A model generated the notes under the pieces. It ran no database searches, had not been told where the DNA came from, and saw only the letters and a list, made by a program, of their open reading frames with translations. A stretch of DNA of 32,000 nucleotides from Candidatus Methylomirabilis oxygeniifera (lineage in GTDB: Bacteria; Methylomirabilota; Methylomirabilia; Methylomirabilales; Methylomirabilaceae). Where the stretch lies: assembly GCA_000091165.1 (NCBI GenBank), contig FP565575.1, positions 960,001 through 992,000 of the forward strand, given 5' to 3'. The translations under genes were made by a program, and so were the position numbers. Shown piece after piece: positions 16,886 to 25,694 of this stretch (position 1 is the stretch's first letter; the number at the start of each line of letters is the position of its first letter).

Positions 16886-17936
16886 TGTCATAGGACAGGC
16901 GCGAGCCATTGCGTTTCTTCAGCGAGCGCTTGTGACCGGGCGGGTCGCCCACGCCTATCTGTTTAGCGGGCCGTCTGGAATAGGTAAGCGGGCTGCCGCT
17001 ATCGCTTTTGCTCAGGCGCTCAACTGTGAAAAAGTGTTGAGTGTCGAGTTTGGAGTTTCGAGTGTTCCCCCAACCCCCAACCCCCAACCCCCAACCCCCG
17101 TGGACGGCTGTGGGAACTGCCGCGCCTGTCGCAACATCGCCAACGGACTGCATCCTGACGTACAGGTGATCGAACCGGACGGCGCGACCGTCAAGATTGA
17201 GCAGATCCGGACCCTTGAGGCCGACGCTGCCCTGGTTCCCTATGAGGCGCAGTGGAAGGTATTTATTCTCAACAGCGCGGAGCGAATGACGGAGCAGGCG
17301 GCCAATGCGCTTTTGAAGACCCTGGAAGAACCGGCCAGGGGAACAATGTTCATTCTTCTGACCGGTACGGTATCGGCCCTGCTCCCTACGATTGTCTCCC
17401 GATGCCAGATCGTGACCTTCTCCCCGCTCCCGCATGGACAGATCGAAGCCCTTCTAAGAGAGAAGGGGATGGAGTCGTCTCGAGCCAGGCTGATCGCCTC
17501 GTTAAGTCGTGGCAGTATCGAGCGCGCCTTCAGTCCGGAGGTAGCGTCCTTGCCCGCGACAAGAGATCTGCTGCTCGAAGGAGTCGGACGGGGGCTTCAC
17601 GATGGACCTGCCGCCCTCGTTGAACTGGCCGAAAAGCTGGCGAAGGATCGGGAGAAGCTTCAGCAACAGTTGGAAATCCTTTCGGCTTGGCTGCGTGATC
17701 TCATGGTCGCGAAGGCATCCGGACGGACGGATTGGCTCGTCAACGACGATCGCGGCGACGCGATTGCCCGCCAGGCGGAGGGCGCGCCCATGGACGCCAT
17801 CCTGGATGGGCTTCGCGCGGTCCATGCCGCGATGGACAACCTTGTTCGCAACGCAAATCCGCGGCTGTCGACGGAGGACCTTTTGCTTCGACTACGGGAG
17901 GTGCTTCCGTCCGGCCTGTTGGCGGTGTCGATATGA
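16872..17936 (+). CDS. holB: DNA polymerase III delta' subunit (HolB)
   Basis: VIGQARAIAFLQRALVTGRVAHAYLFSGPSGIGKRAAAIAFAQALNC, zinc-module CGNCRACRNI, ADAALVPYEAQWKVFILNSAERMTEQAANALLKTLEEP. Conserved synteny tmk-holB-yaaT-metG-tatD. Confidence 0.92.
   Translation: MPFRDVIGQARAIAFLQRALVTGRVAHAYLFSGPSGIGKRAAAIAFAQALNCEKVLSVEFGVSSVPPTPNPQPPTPVDGCGNCRACRNIANGLHPDVQVIEPDGATVKIEQIRTLEADAALVPYEAQWKVFILNSAERMTEQAANALLKTLEEPARGTMFILLTGTVSALLPTIVSRCQIVTFSPLPHGQIEALLREKGMESSRARLIASLSRGSIERAFSPEVASLPATRDLLLEGVGRGLHDGPAALVELAEKLAKDREKLQQQLEILSAWLRDLMVAKASGRTDWLVNDDRGDAIARQAEGAPMDAILDGLRAVHAAMDNLVRNANPRLSTEDLLLRLREVLPSGLLAVSI
17034..17099. repeat. 7-bp periodic tandem array inside holB, ending in (CCCCCAA)4CCCCC
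   Basis: Read as GTGTTGA GTGTCGA GTTTGGA GTTTCGA GTGTTCC CCCAACC CCCAACC CCCAACC CCCAACC CCC, all with 7-nt period. The pure CCCCCAA portion is 17067-17099. Confidence 0.95.
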
Positions 17937-18832
17937 AAACAGTTCGAATCAACTTAGGAGAGACCGAATATCAGGATCAACACTACGATCCCCGAGGGGT
18001 AAAACTCCGGCCGGGCGATCAGGTGGTGGTCGAAACCACGTGGGGACAGGGGCTGGGCCGGGTTTTCTCCACCTTCCCACTCTATCCCGATCATAAGGCG
18101 ACGGAGCCGCTGCCGGCTGTCCTTCGGGTAGCCACTGCGCGGGATCGCGCCAATGAGGAACGGATCAGGCGTCTGGAATCCGACGGGAGAAGCTTCTGCT
18201 CGCGAAAAATTACGGAATTGGATCTGTCGATGAAGCTGGTCGATGTCAAGGCGAGTTTTGATCGGAGCCGGGTCACCTTCTATTTCTACGCCGACGAGCG
18301 GATCGACTTTCGCGTGTTGGTGAAGGATCTGGCGCAGCAACTTCATACCCGCATCGAGATGCGGCAGATTCGGGCCAGAGATGTCGGCAGCAAGTTGGGC
18401 TGCGTCGGCCCGTGCGGCCGAGAGCTGTGCTGCAAGACCTTCCTGAAGGAGTATGACCCGGTCTCGGTTCGAATGGCTAAGGATCAGGGACTTCCGCTAA
18501 ATCCGAGTAAGCTGGCGGGGATGTGCGGGCGGTTGAAATGCTGCCTTCGCTACGAGCACTCAATGTACGAGGAGATAAAGCGGCGTCTGCCCAAGATTGG
18601 CTCACCGGTCGAAGCACCAGAAGGGCTAGGGATTGTCAAGGCAAGAAACCTTCTGACCGAATCGCTGGTGGTCGAGCTGGAAGACGGCGTGCAGATTACC
18701 GTGAAGGCGGCTGATCTGATTCACATCGGTCCCCCTCTGGACGAGAACTCGCCCAGGAGCGGTTGCGGTGGCGGAGGCTGCAGTAGTGGCGGCTTCGGGG
18801 GTGTCGCTGCGCCGGATCGCAACAACTCATGA
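17933..18832 (+). CDS. PSP1-domain protein (RicT/YaaT family)
   Basis: MKTVRINLGETEY...; VGSKLGCVGPCGRELCCKTFLKEYDPVSVRMAKDQGLPLNPSKLAGMCGRLKCCLRYEHSMY: the PSP1/YaaT cysteine-rich signature. The tracked ORF begins upstream at 17732 inside holB; ATG 17933 overlaps the holB stop. Confidence 0.9.
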   Translation: MKTVRINLGETEYQDQHYDPRGVKLRPGDQVVVETTWGQGLGRVFSTFPLYPDHKATEPLPAVLRVATARDRANEERIRRLESDGRSFCSRKITELDLSMKLVDVKASFDRSRVTFYFYADERIDFRVLVKDLAQQLHTRIEMRQIRARDVGSKLGCVGPCGRELCCKTFLKEYDPVSVRMAKDQGLPLNPSKLAGMCGRLKCCLRYEHSMYEEIKRRLPKIGSPVEAPEGLGIVKARNLLTESLVVELEDGVQITVKAADLIHIGPPLDENSPRSGCGGGGCSSGGFGGVAAPDRNNS

Positions 18833-20769
18833 GTGACCAGACCTTTTACCTGACGACCCCGATCTATTACGTCAACGCCACCCCGCATCTGGGTCACGCC
18901 TATACCACCATCCTGGCCGACACGATGGCCCGTTTCAAGAAGCTTCGGCTGGGGCCGGAGCAGGTCTATTTTCTCACCGGTACCGATGAGCACGGCGACA
19001 AGATCGTTCAGGCGGCTGCGCAGGGCGGCGAGAGCCCGCAGGCGTATGCCGACCGCATCAGCGGCATCTTTCAGGAGACATGGAAACGTCTGGGGCTGGC
19101 GCCGAATCAATTTATTCGCACCACCAGCGAACCTCACAAGCGTGCCGTACAGCGGTTCCTGCAACAGATCTACGATGCCGGGGATATTTATTTCGGAGAG
19201 TACGGCGGCCATTACTGCTTCGGCTGCGAGCGGTTCTACACCGAGAAAGAGTTGCAGGACAGCAAATGCCCCGATCATCAGACCGTCCCGGCCTTTATCA
19301 AGGAGCAGAACTACTTCTTTCGGATGGGGAAATATCAGGAGTGGCTGATCGACCATATCCACCGCCATGCCGACTTCATTCGACCGGAACGCTTTCGGAA
19401 CGAGGTCCTATCCTTTCTCAAAGAGCCGCTGGAGGATCTGTGTATCTCCCGGCCTTCGACGCGTCTGGAGTGGGGGATTCCGCTCCCCTTTGATGACCGG
19501 TATGTCACCTATGTATGGTTCGATGCGCTGATCAACTATATCTCTGCGCTGGACTGGCCAGATGGCGAGGCGTTCCGGCGTTTCTGGCCATCCGCCCAGC
19601 ACCTGATCGCGAAGGATATCCTGAAACCGCATGCCATCTACTGGCCGACCATGCTGAAGGCGGCGGGACTTCCGCCGTATCGACACCTGAACGTCCACGG
19701 CTACTGGAAGATCGAAGAGGCCAAGATGTCCAAGAGTAGAGGTTCGGTGGTCCGGCCCCTTGATCTGGCCGACAAGTACGGCGTCGATGCCTTTCGCTAT
19801 TTCGTGCTGCGAGAGATGACCTTCGGCCTGGATGCCGGCTTCAGTGAGGATGCGCTAGTGGCCCGGCTGAATGCGGATCTGGCTAATGATCTCGGGAACC
19901 TCTACAGCCGTGTGCTCAAGCTGATCCAGCGATACTACGGCGGTATCATTACTCATACGCCTGGTGATGGAGACCTCGCTGAGGCAGCGCGCGTCGCCGT
20001 CACAGATGTGATGGCCGCTATGGAGCGCTTTGCGTTCAGTGAGGCACTGGCGGCCATCTGGAACCTGGTCTCGGCCACGAACAAATACCTGGTGCACAAC
20101 GAACCGTGGAAGCGAGATCCCGGAGATCCTCAAACGAAAGCGATCCTGGTCACTGCAGCCGAGACTCTCCGTACGATCGCCACGCTTCTGTTGCCGTTTC
20201 TTCCCCAGACGGCAGACCGCATGCTCCGTGGTTTGGGTATCACCGAGCCGACCACTCCTCTTCGTTTCGAGACTGCGTGCCCGTCACCGTCACGAATCGA
20301 GGTGCAGGAGTGGCGCGTTCAAGAGGTGGAGTCGCTTTTTCCGCGCATCCAGACGACCGCTCCATGCCCGCAGTCTGCGGGGACAGACGCAAAGCTGTCT
20401 TGTGCAGGAAAGGAGTCGGCTACCGTGCCCGAGATCCCGCTCGAACAGATTACGATCGATGAGTTTCGGCGCGTCGACCTTCGTGTGGCGGAGGTGATCG
20501 AGGCAGAGGCGATCCGGGGCTCCAAAAAGCTGGTCAAGTTGCGAGTCCGCCTTCAGGATGAGGAGCGAATCGTCGTTGCAGGGCTGAAAGAACACTATCC
20601 GCCTGAAAGCTGGGCTGGAAAGCGGATCATTCTGGTGGCCAACCTCAAGCCCACTAGCCTGATGGGGGTGACGTCGCAGGGGATGGTGCTCGCCGCCGAA
20701 GACGAGGCCGGCCGGATCGTGCTGCTCACTCCGGAGGTACCTGTTGCCCCAGGTGCCAAGGTCCGCTGA
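18829..20769 (+). CDS. metG: Methionyl-tRNA synthetase with C-terminal tRNA-binding (Trbp111-like) domain
   Basis: FYLTTPIYYVNATPHLGHAYTTILADTMARF, LTGTDEHGDKI, WFDALINYISAL, AKMSKSRG; C-terminal IDEFRRVDLRVAEVIEAEAIRGSKKLVKLRV...GLKEHY. Confidence 0.96.
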   Translation: MSDQTFYLTTPIYYVNATPHLGHAYTTILADTMARFKKLRLGPEQVYFLTGTDEHGDKIVQAAAQGGESPQAYADRISGIFQETWKRLGLAPNQFIRTTSEPHKRAVQRFLQQIYDAGDIYFGEYGGHYCFGCERFYTEKELQDSKCPDHQTVPAFIKEQNYFFRMGKYQEWLIDHIHRHADFIRPERFRNEVLSFLKEPLEDLCISRPSTRLEWGIPLPFDDRYVTYVWFDALINYISALDWPDGEAFRRFWPSAQHLIAKDILKPHAIYWPTMLKAAGLPPYRHLNVHGYWKIEEAKMSKSRGSVVRPLDLADKYGVDAFRYFVLREMTFGLDAGFSEDALVARLNADLANDLGNLYSRVLKLIQRYYGGIITHTPGDGDLAEAARVAVTDVMAAMERFAFSEALAAIWNLVSATNKYLVHNEPWKRDPGDPQTKAILVTAAETLRTIATLLLPFLPQTADRMLRGLGITEPTTPLRFETACPSPSRIEVQEWRVQEVESLFPRIQTTAPCPQSAGTDAKLSCAGKESATVPEIPLEQITIDEFRRVDLRVAEVIEAEAIRGSKKLVKLRVRLQDEERIVVAGLKEHYPPESWAGKRIILVANLKPTSLMGVTSQGMVLAAEDEAGRIVLLTPEVPVAPGAKVR

Positions 20770-21563
20770 TGTTGATCGATACGCACGCTCACATCCAGAT
20801 GCAAGAGTTCGATCACGACCGCGCCGAAGCGCTCACGCGAGCCGAGGCTGCAGGGATCGGCCTGATGCTCGCGGTTGGCTATCACCTTGAGGCAAGCCGT
20901 CTGGCGGTAGAGACGGCACAACGCTATCCACAGGTCTACGCCAGCGTTGGTATCCATCCTCACGATGCCACACAGTACGATGAGAAGGCCGATGAGACTC
21001 TTCGAGCCTTCGCCAAGCAGCCGAAGGTCGTGGCTATCGGCGAGGCCGGCCTTGACTTTTTTCGCGATCGCGCCCCTCGCGCCGCGCAGGCCGAGGCGTT
21101 TCGCGGTCAGATTCGCCTGGCCCGCGAACTGGATCTGCCGCTTATCGTTCACGATCGCGACGCCCATCGCGAGACCATGGAGATTTTGGAAGCGGAGAAA
21201 GCCGAGCGCGTGGTCCTGCACTGCTTCTCCGGTGATTTCGCCATGGCCGAAATGGCTTGGCGGAACGGCTACTATGTCTCAATTGCCGGCCCCGTCACCT
21301 ATCCCAAGAACGAGACGCTTCGCGAGATCGTGCGGAAGGTCAAGACGGATTGCCTCGTCCTGGAGACCGACTGCCCTTTCCTGCCGCCCCAAACATTTCG
21401 AGGCCAACGCAACGAGCCGGCCCACCTCCTCCACACCGCCCAGGAGGTCGCGCGGGTTCTAAGTATACCGCTGACCGAGCTGGGTCGTCTGACCACCGAC
21501 AACGCCCGCCGGCTGTTTCGACTGCCTCCACCGGACGTGTGTAGAAAGTCCAACGCTTCTTGA
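20769..21563 (+). CDS. tatD: TatD-family deoxyribonuclease/metal-dependent hydrolase
   Basis: MLIDTHAHI, YASVGIHPHDA, VAIGEAGLDFFRD, QIRLARELDLPLIVHDRDA, VLHCFSGD, LVLETDCPFLPP: TatD metal-binding motifs. Confidence 0.93.
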   Translation: MLIDTHAHIQMQEFDHDRAEALTRAEAAGIGLMLAVGYHLEASRLAVETAQRYPQVYASVGIHPHDATQYDEKADETLRAFAKQPKVVAIGEAGLDFFRDRAPRAAQAEAFRGQIRLARELDLPLIVHDRDAHRETMEILEAEKAERVVLHCFSGDFAMAEMAWRNGYYVSIAGPVTYPKNETLREIVRKVKTDCLVLETDCPFLPPQTFRGQRNEPAHLLHTAQEVARVLSIPLTELGRLTTDNARRLFRLPPPDVCRKSNAS

Positions 21564-21569
21564 CATTTA

Positions 21570-21602
21570 CCGTTCATGGTTCGACAGGCTCACCGCGAAC
21601 GG
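21570..21602. repeat. 33-nt imperfect palindrome (REP-like dispersed repeat)
   Basis: CCGTTCATGGTTCGACAGGCTCACCGCGAACGG, with terminal CCGTTC/GAACGG pairing plus partial internal pairing, lying between convergent tatD and thiO. Confidence 0.65.
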
Positions 21603-21726
21603 ATTGTAAAGGGGCTTATGACTCACTACACCAGGCGTTGCCATGTTGCGCCGGCATGACGAGACGTAGACGTGATGCTGTAAGGGGCGAACGCATCCGC
21701 CTGCGCGCGTTCAGCCGTCGATCCGG

Positions 21727-22842
21727 TTAGCCGGCGAATCGATCCGGGGAGAAAGGATCGAGGGGAAAGGGCGGTTTCTTGTCGAGAATCAGATCGGCGA
21801 CTAACTCTCCCGTGAGTGGTCCCAACAGGATCCCGCTTCGATAGTGTCCCGTCGCCACGACGAGGTTCGGAATATCCGCAAAGCGGCCGATAGCAGGGAG
21901 CCCATCCGGCAGTCGCGGACGCAGTCCCGCCCATACCCTGTCGAAAGGCGCAGTCATCAGAGTCGGCGCCATCGCCCCCGCAGCCTCACACAGCCCGGCT
22001 ACGCCTGCAAGAGTGGGGATCGACGCGAATCCCGCCTGCTCAACGGTGGTCCCGATCAGGAGTTCCCCATTGAGTCGCGGAACAAAATACCCCAAGGGAC
22101 CCCAGACGAGGTGAGTCAATGGCGGGCGTTCGAACCGAGTTCGAACGATCTGGCCTCGTACAGGTTCCATGGGCAGTCGGTGGCCGATGAGATCCAGGAG
22201 ACGGCCGGACCACGCACCGGCGCAGGCGACGACGGTGTCCGCCAGGATCGTCTTTCCGCCAACGTTGACGCCGCGCAGCCGGTCCTCGCCTAGAATGAAG
22301 TCGATCGCCTCGACGTTCTCAAGGATCTCGACGCCGCCGGCGCGCGCTCCAGCCGCCAGCGCGGATACGACAGTACAGGGGCGAATATGGGCCTCATCCG
22401 GAAAGTAGAGCGCGCCTCCGATCTCAGGATTCAGGATCGGCTCCAGGGCGTGCACCTCCCGCCCTGAAAGTTCCTCCACGCGCAGGCCGGCCGATCGCTG
22501 CCAGGCCGCTCGTCCTTTGGCGGCTTCGTGCTCGGTCGGATCGACGAGGTACAGCAGTCCCCATCGGCAATACTCAATATCCTCCCCGGTTGCATCCCGA
22601 AGCTCATCAGCCAGCGTCCGATAACGATTCCTCGCAGCGAGGCAAAGATCGAAAAATGGCCCTGGCGCTTCCGCCTCGCCCTGGGGTACCAGCATACCCG
22701 CAGAGGCCCGCGATGCCTCTCGCCCAAGCCGTCCACGCTCGATCAGGACAACACGCTTGACATGAGCGCGAGCCAAGGCGTAGGCAATAGCTACGCCGAT
22801 GACCCCGCCGCCGATGATGATGACATCCGCGCCTTTAGCCAT
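21727..22842 (-). CDS. thiO: Glycine oxidase / FAD-dependent oxidoreductase (ThiO-like)
   Basis: DVIIIGGGVIGVAIAYALARAHVKRVVLIERGRLGREASRASAGMLVPQGEAEAPGPFFDLCLAARNRY...GLRPRLPDGLPAIGRFADIPNLVVATGHYRSGILLGPLTGELVADLI. Confidence 0.88.
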   Translation of the reverse strand: MAKGADVIIIGGGVIGVAIAYALARAHVKRVVLIERGRLGREASRASAGMLVPQGEAEAPGPFFDLCLAARNRYRTLADELRDATGEDIEYCRWGLLYLVDPTEHEAAKGRAAWQRSAGLRVEELSGREVHALEPILNPEIGGALYFPDEAHIRPCTVVSALAAGARAGGVEILENVEAIDFILGEDRLRGVNVGGKTILADTVVACAGAWSGRLLDLIGHRLPMEPVRGQIVRTRFERPPLTHLVWGPLGYFVPRLNGELLIGTTVEQAGFASIPTLAGVAGLCEAAGAMAPTLMTAPFDRVWAGLRPRLPDGLPAIGRFADIPNLVVATGHYRSGILLGPLTGELVADLILDKKPPFPLDPFSPDRFAG

Positions 22843-22910
22843 AGCTATTGTGGGGTATCCTCAGAAGAAAAGGAATGATAAGCATCGTCATGCCGCGCGA
22901 ACAGAACCGC

Positions 22911-23189
22911 TCAGTGACGGTAAACGATATCTGGAAAAAGAACCAAGGTCATGGCGACGACCAACAACACCGGGATGATTGCCAGGGCATAAATCAGCCA
23001 ATTCTCAGATTTCAGGTGCATGTAGTTCAGCGCGACCAGCACAGCCTTGACGCCTGCAACAGCAAAGATCAGACCAATGACAGCCGACTTCTCCAGGGGT
23101 AACAGGGTGGCAAGGACCCCGACCAGCATCAATATGACCAGCCACACCCAGATGGTCACATAGTGTGGGCGAGCCAGTTCAGAAGTCAC
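22911..23189 (-). CDS. Cytochrome c oxidase subunit IV (caa3-type, CtaF-like)
   Basis: 92-aa three-TM protein: YVTIWVWLVILMLVGVLATLLPLEKSAVIGLIFAVAGVKAVLVALNYMHLKSENWLIYALAIIPVLLVVAM. Located after subunit III. Confidence 0.82.
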   Translation of the reverse strand: MTSELARPHYVTIWVWLVILMLVGVLATLLPLEKSAVIGLIFAVAGVKAVLVALNYMHLKSENWLIYALAIIPVLLVVAMTLVLFPDIVYRH

Positions 23190-23258
23190 TTAGGATCTCC
23201 TTCAGATGTCAACATAACGGCTCACAAGAAGTCCGGAGCGAAACCTCCCGCCGCGGTC

Positions 23259-23356
23259 GTCATTGCGAGCGACCGTAGGGAGCGCGGCAATCTCAGCATT
23301 TTGAGCCCGCAAAGAACGGTGAGATTGCTTCAGTCGCTGCGCTTCCTCGCAATGAC
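23259..23356. repeat. 98-bp imperfect inverted repeat (MITE-like dispersed repeat)
   Basis: GTCATTGCGAGCGACCGTAGGGAGCGCGGCAATCTCA...TGAGATTGCTTCAGTCGCTGCGCTTCCTCGCAATGAC; ends GTCATTGCGAG/CTCGCAATGAC are perfectly complementary. Confidence 0.85.
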
Positions 23357-23385
23357 CACCTGACGACCGTCGGAACAATACCATA

Positions 23386-24012
23386 TTAGTACGAAAGATA
23401 GAGTAGTGGAAAGAGGAATATCCAGACGATATCAACAAAGTGCCAGTACAACCCTGCGATCTCGGTGCGATAGCCGGTGCTCAACTCTCTTCGTGCCGCC
23501 AGCAACAGGATGATGTTCACGACAATCCCCGCAATGACGTGCAGCGCGTGCAGTCCCGTCAGCAGGTAATAAAAGGACCAAAAGGAACCGCTCCAGGGAG
23601 CCAGACCATCCGCAATGTGAGAGATGTACTCGTAGGCTTTGATTCCGAGAAATGCCAGCCCGAGCAGGATGGTGCACAGCAGAAATGTACGCACGCCACG
23701 CTGATCCGCCTTTTGGTAGGCGGCAAAGGCCATCGCCATCGTCATGCTGCTGGTCAGCAGGACAAAGGTGTTGACCGTCGCCAGGATCGCGCTCAGATGG
23801 GCGGCCTCTGCCGACCATCCCGGGCCGGCCGCCCGAGCCAGGATGTAACAGCTCAGGGCGCCGCCAAAGATCATAACCTCAGAGGCGATCAGCCACCAGA
23901 CGGCGATCTTGCCACGAAGCGCGGGAGAGGACTGTTCGGATACGACGACCATGTGCGTTGACATTTCTCCTAGTCGGATCTTGCCGACGGGGCGCGATCC
24001 TGCGGAAGACAA
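23386..24012 (-). CDS. Cytochrome c oxidase subunit III
   Basis: KIAVWWLIASEVMIFGGALSCYILARAAG, LGLAFLGIKAYEY, FYYLLTGLHALHVIAGIV, YWHFVDIVWIFLFPLLYL. Confidence 0.93.
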   Translation of the reverse strand: MSSAGSRPVGKIRLGEMSTHMVVVSEQSSPALRGKIAVWWLIASEVMIFGGALSCYILARAAGPGWSAEAAHLSAILATVNTFVLLTSSMTMAMAFAAYQKADQRGVRTFLLCTILLGLAFLGIKAYEYISHIADGLAPWSGSFWSFYYLLTGLHALHVIAGIVVNIILLLAARRELSTGYRTEIAGLYWHFVDIVWIFLFPLLYLSY

Positions 24013-25694
24013 TCTTCGCGAACGCCTGGCGGGCTGTACTCATACGGGCCGCGGTAGACGGTCGGGATCGTGTCTCCCCAGTTGCCGTGAGGGGGAGGCG
24101 AGGCGGCAGTCCACTCCAGGGTTGCTGACTTCCAAGGGTTATCCTCGGCCTTCCGCCCGGCCACGATACTCCAGATAAAGTTGATCAGAAACAGAAACTG
24201 AGCGAGCGTGAGCCCAAGTGCGCTGAGCGTAATGTACACGTTCAACGATTGAACCGGTTGCAGGAACTCGTACTGGAGCGGGTTTGCGATGCGGCGCGGC
24301 ATTCCGGCGAGGCCGACGGCATGCATCGGAAAGAACGTGAGATTAAAGAAGATGAGGGTCAGCAGAAAGTGGAGATGACTCAAAGGCACATTCATCATTC
24401 GACCGAACATCTTTGGAAACCAGAAGTAGATACCCGTGAAGCTGCCGAATATGACGACACTCAACAGGACGGTGTGAAAGTGGGCCACAACAAAGTAGGT
24501 ACCGTGAACCTGAATGTTGACCGGCGCGGACCCAAGGACGATGCCGGTGAGACCTCCGGTGATGAACATCGCGACGAAAGCCAACGCCCAGAGCATCGGT
24601 GGCGCAAACCGGATCGAGCCCTTCCACAGGGTGAGGATCATCGAGAAGACGATGAGCGCAATCGGTACGGAGATCAGGATGGTCGTGATGCTGAACGGCA
24701 TCGCCAGCCGGGGGTCCATGCCGCTGATGAACATATGATGGGCCCAGACGATCAGGCTGAGGAATCCGACCGAGATCGTCGAGTAGATGATCCACCGGTA
24801 GCCGAAGATCGATTTTCTCGAGAAGACCGCCAGCACCTCCAGCACCGCCCCCAGTCCCGGCATCAGGAGGACATAGACCTCCGGGTGGCCGAAGAACCAG
24901 AAGAGATGTTGCCAGAGCAGCGGATCGCCGCCTTGTTCCGGCACAAAGAAGCTGGTTCCCAACAGCCGGTCCATCAGCAACATCACGGCGCCGGCGATGA
25001 GCGGTCCTACGGAGAGCAGAAAAATGACGGAGGCGGTCAGAAGCTGCCAGATCATGAGCGGAAGGCGGTAAAAGGTCATCCCCGGCGCCCGCATGGTGAT
25101 GGCGGTCGTAAGAAAATTGACGCCGCCCATCAGGAATGAGGCAAATTCAAGCGCGTGGGCCAGCAGCCACAGGTTAATCCCCCAGTTCACACCGGTATAT
25201 TCGGCACGGGCGCTCAGCGGCGCATAGCCGGTCCAGCCCGCTGCGGCAGCCCCGCCTGGAACAAAGAAGGACGACACGATCACGAGCGATGATGCAAAGA
25301 GGATCCAGAAAGAGAGCATATTGAGCCGTGGGAAGGCCATATCCCTGGCGCCGATCATGAGTGGGATCAGGAAGTTGCCGAAGGCTCCGAGTAAGATCGG
25401 CATCGCCACAAAGAACACCATGATCGTACCGTGGTTCGTGGTGAGAGCATTGTATGTCTCCGGCCCCACAAATCCAAATCCAGGGATCGAGGTGTCCGGG
25501 AAGGCGAGTTGCCAGCGCATCACATAGACCAGGTAGCCTCCTATGAGCGCCATAAAGAGGGCGAGGAACAGATACTGCTTCGCGATCGTTTTGTGGTCGG
25601 TTGAGAAGATGTAGGTTCGCCAAAAACTACGGTCTGTATGTGCAGTAGGGGCGATGGGCAATGGAATAGGGTCGACTCTTTCGCGATGGCTCAC
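23970..25694 (-). CDS. Cytochrome c oxidase subunit I (A-type heme-copper oxidase)
   Basis: YVMRWQLAFP, NALTTNHGTIMVFFVAMPILLGAFGNFLIPLMIGARDMAFPRLNMLSFW, LFWFFGHPEVYVLLMPG, SVGFLSLIVWAHHMF, GTYFVVAHFHTVL: heme/Cu ligands and the HPEVY motif. Confidence 0.96.
   Translation of the reverse strand: MSHRERVDPIPLPIAPTAHTDRSFWRTYIFSTDHKTIAKQYLFLALFMALIGGYLVYVMRWQLAFPDTSIPGFGFVGPETYNALTTNHGTIMVFFVAMPILLGAFGNFLIPLMIGARDMAFPRLNMLSFWILFASSLVIVSSFFVPGGAAAAGWTGYAPLSARAEYTGVNWGINLWLLAHALEFASFLMGGVNFLTTAITMRAPGMTFYRLPLMIWQLLTASVIFLLSVGPLIAGAVMLLMDRLLGTSFFVPEQGGDPLLWQHLFWFFGHPEVYVLLMPGLGAVLEVLAVFSRKSIFGYRWIIYSTISVGFLSLIVWAHHMFISGMDPRLAMPFSITTILISVPIALIVFSMILTLWKGSIRFAPPMLWALAFVAMFITGGLTGIVLGSAPVNIQVHGTYFVVAHFHTVLLSVVIFGSFTGIYFWFPKMFGRMMNVPLSHLHFLLTLIFFNLTFFPMHAVGLAGMPRRIANPLQYEFLQPVQSLNVYITLSALGLTLAQFLFLINFIWSIVAGRKAEDNPWKSATLEWTAASPPPHGNWGDTIPTVYRGPYEYSPPGVREDCLPQDRAPSARSD

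Noticed and set aside
15884-16909. 341-aa minus-strand ORF opposite selA/tmk
   Set aside because: Spans two confidently assigned genes on the opposite strand with no family motif.
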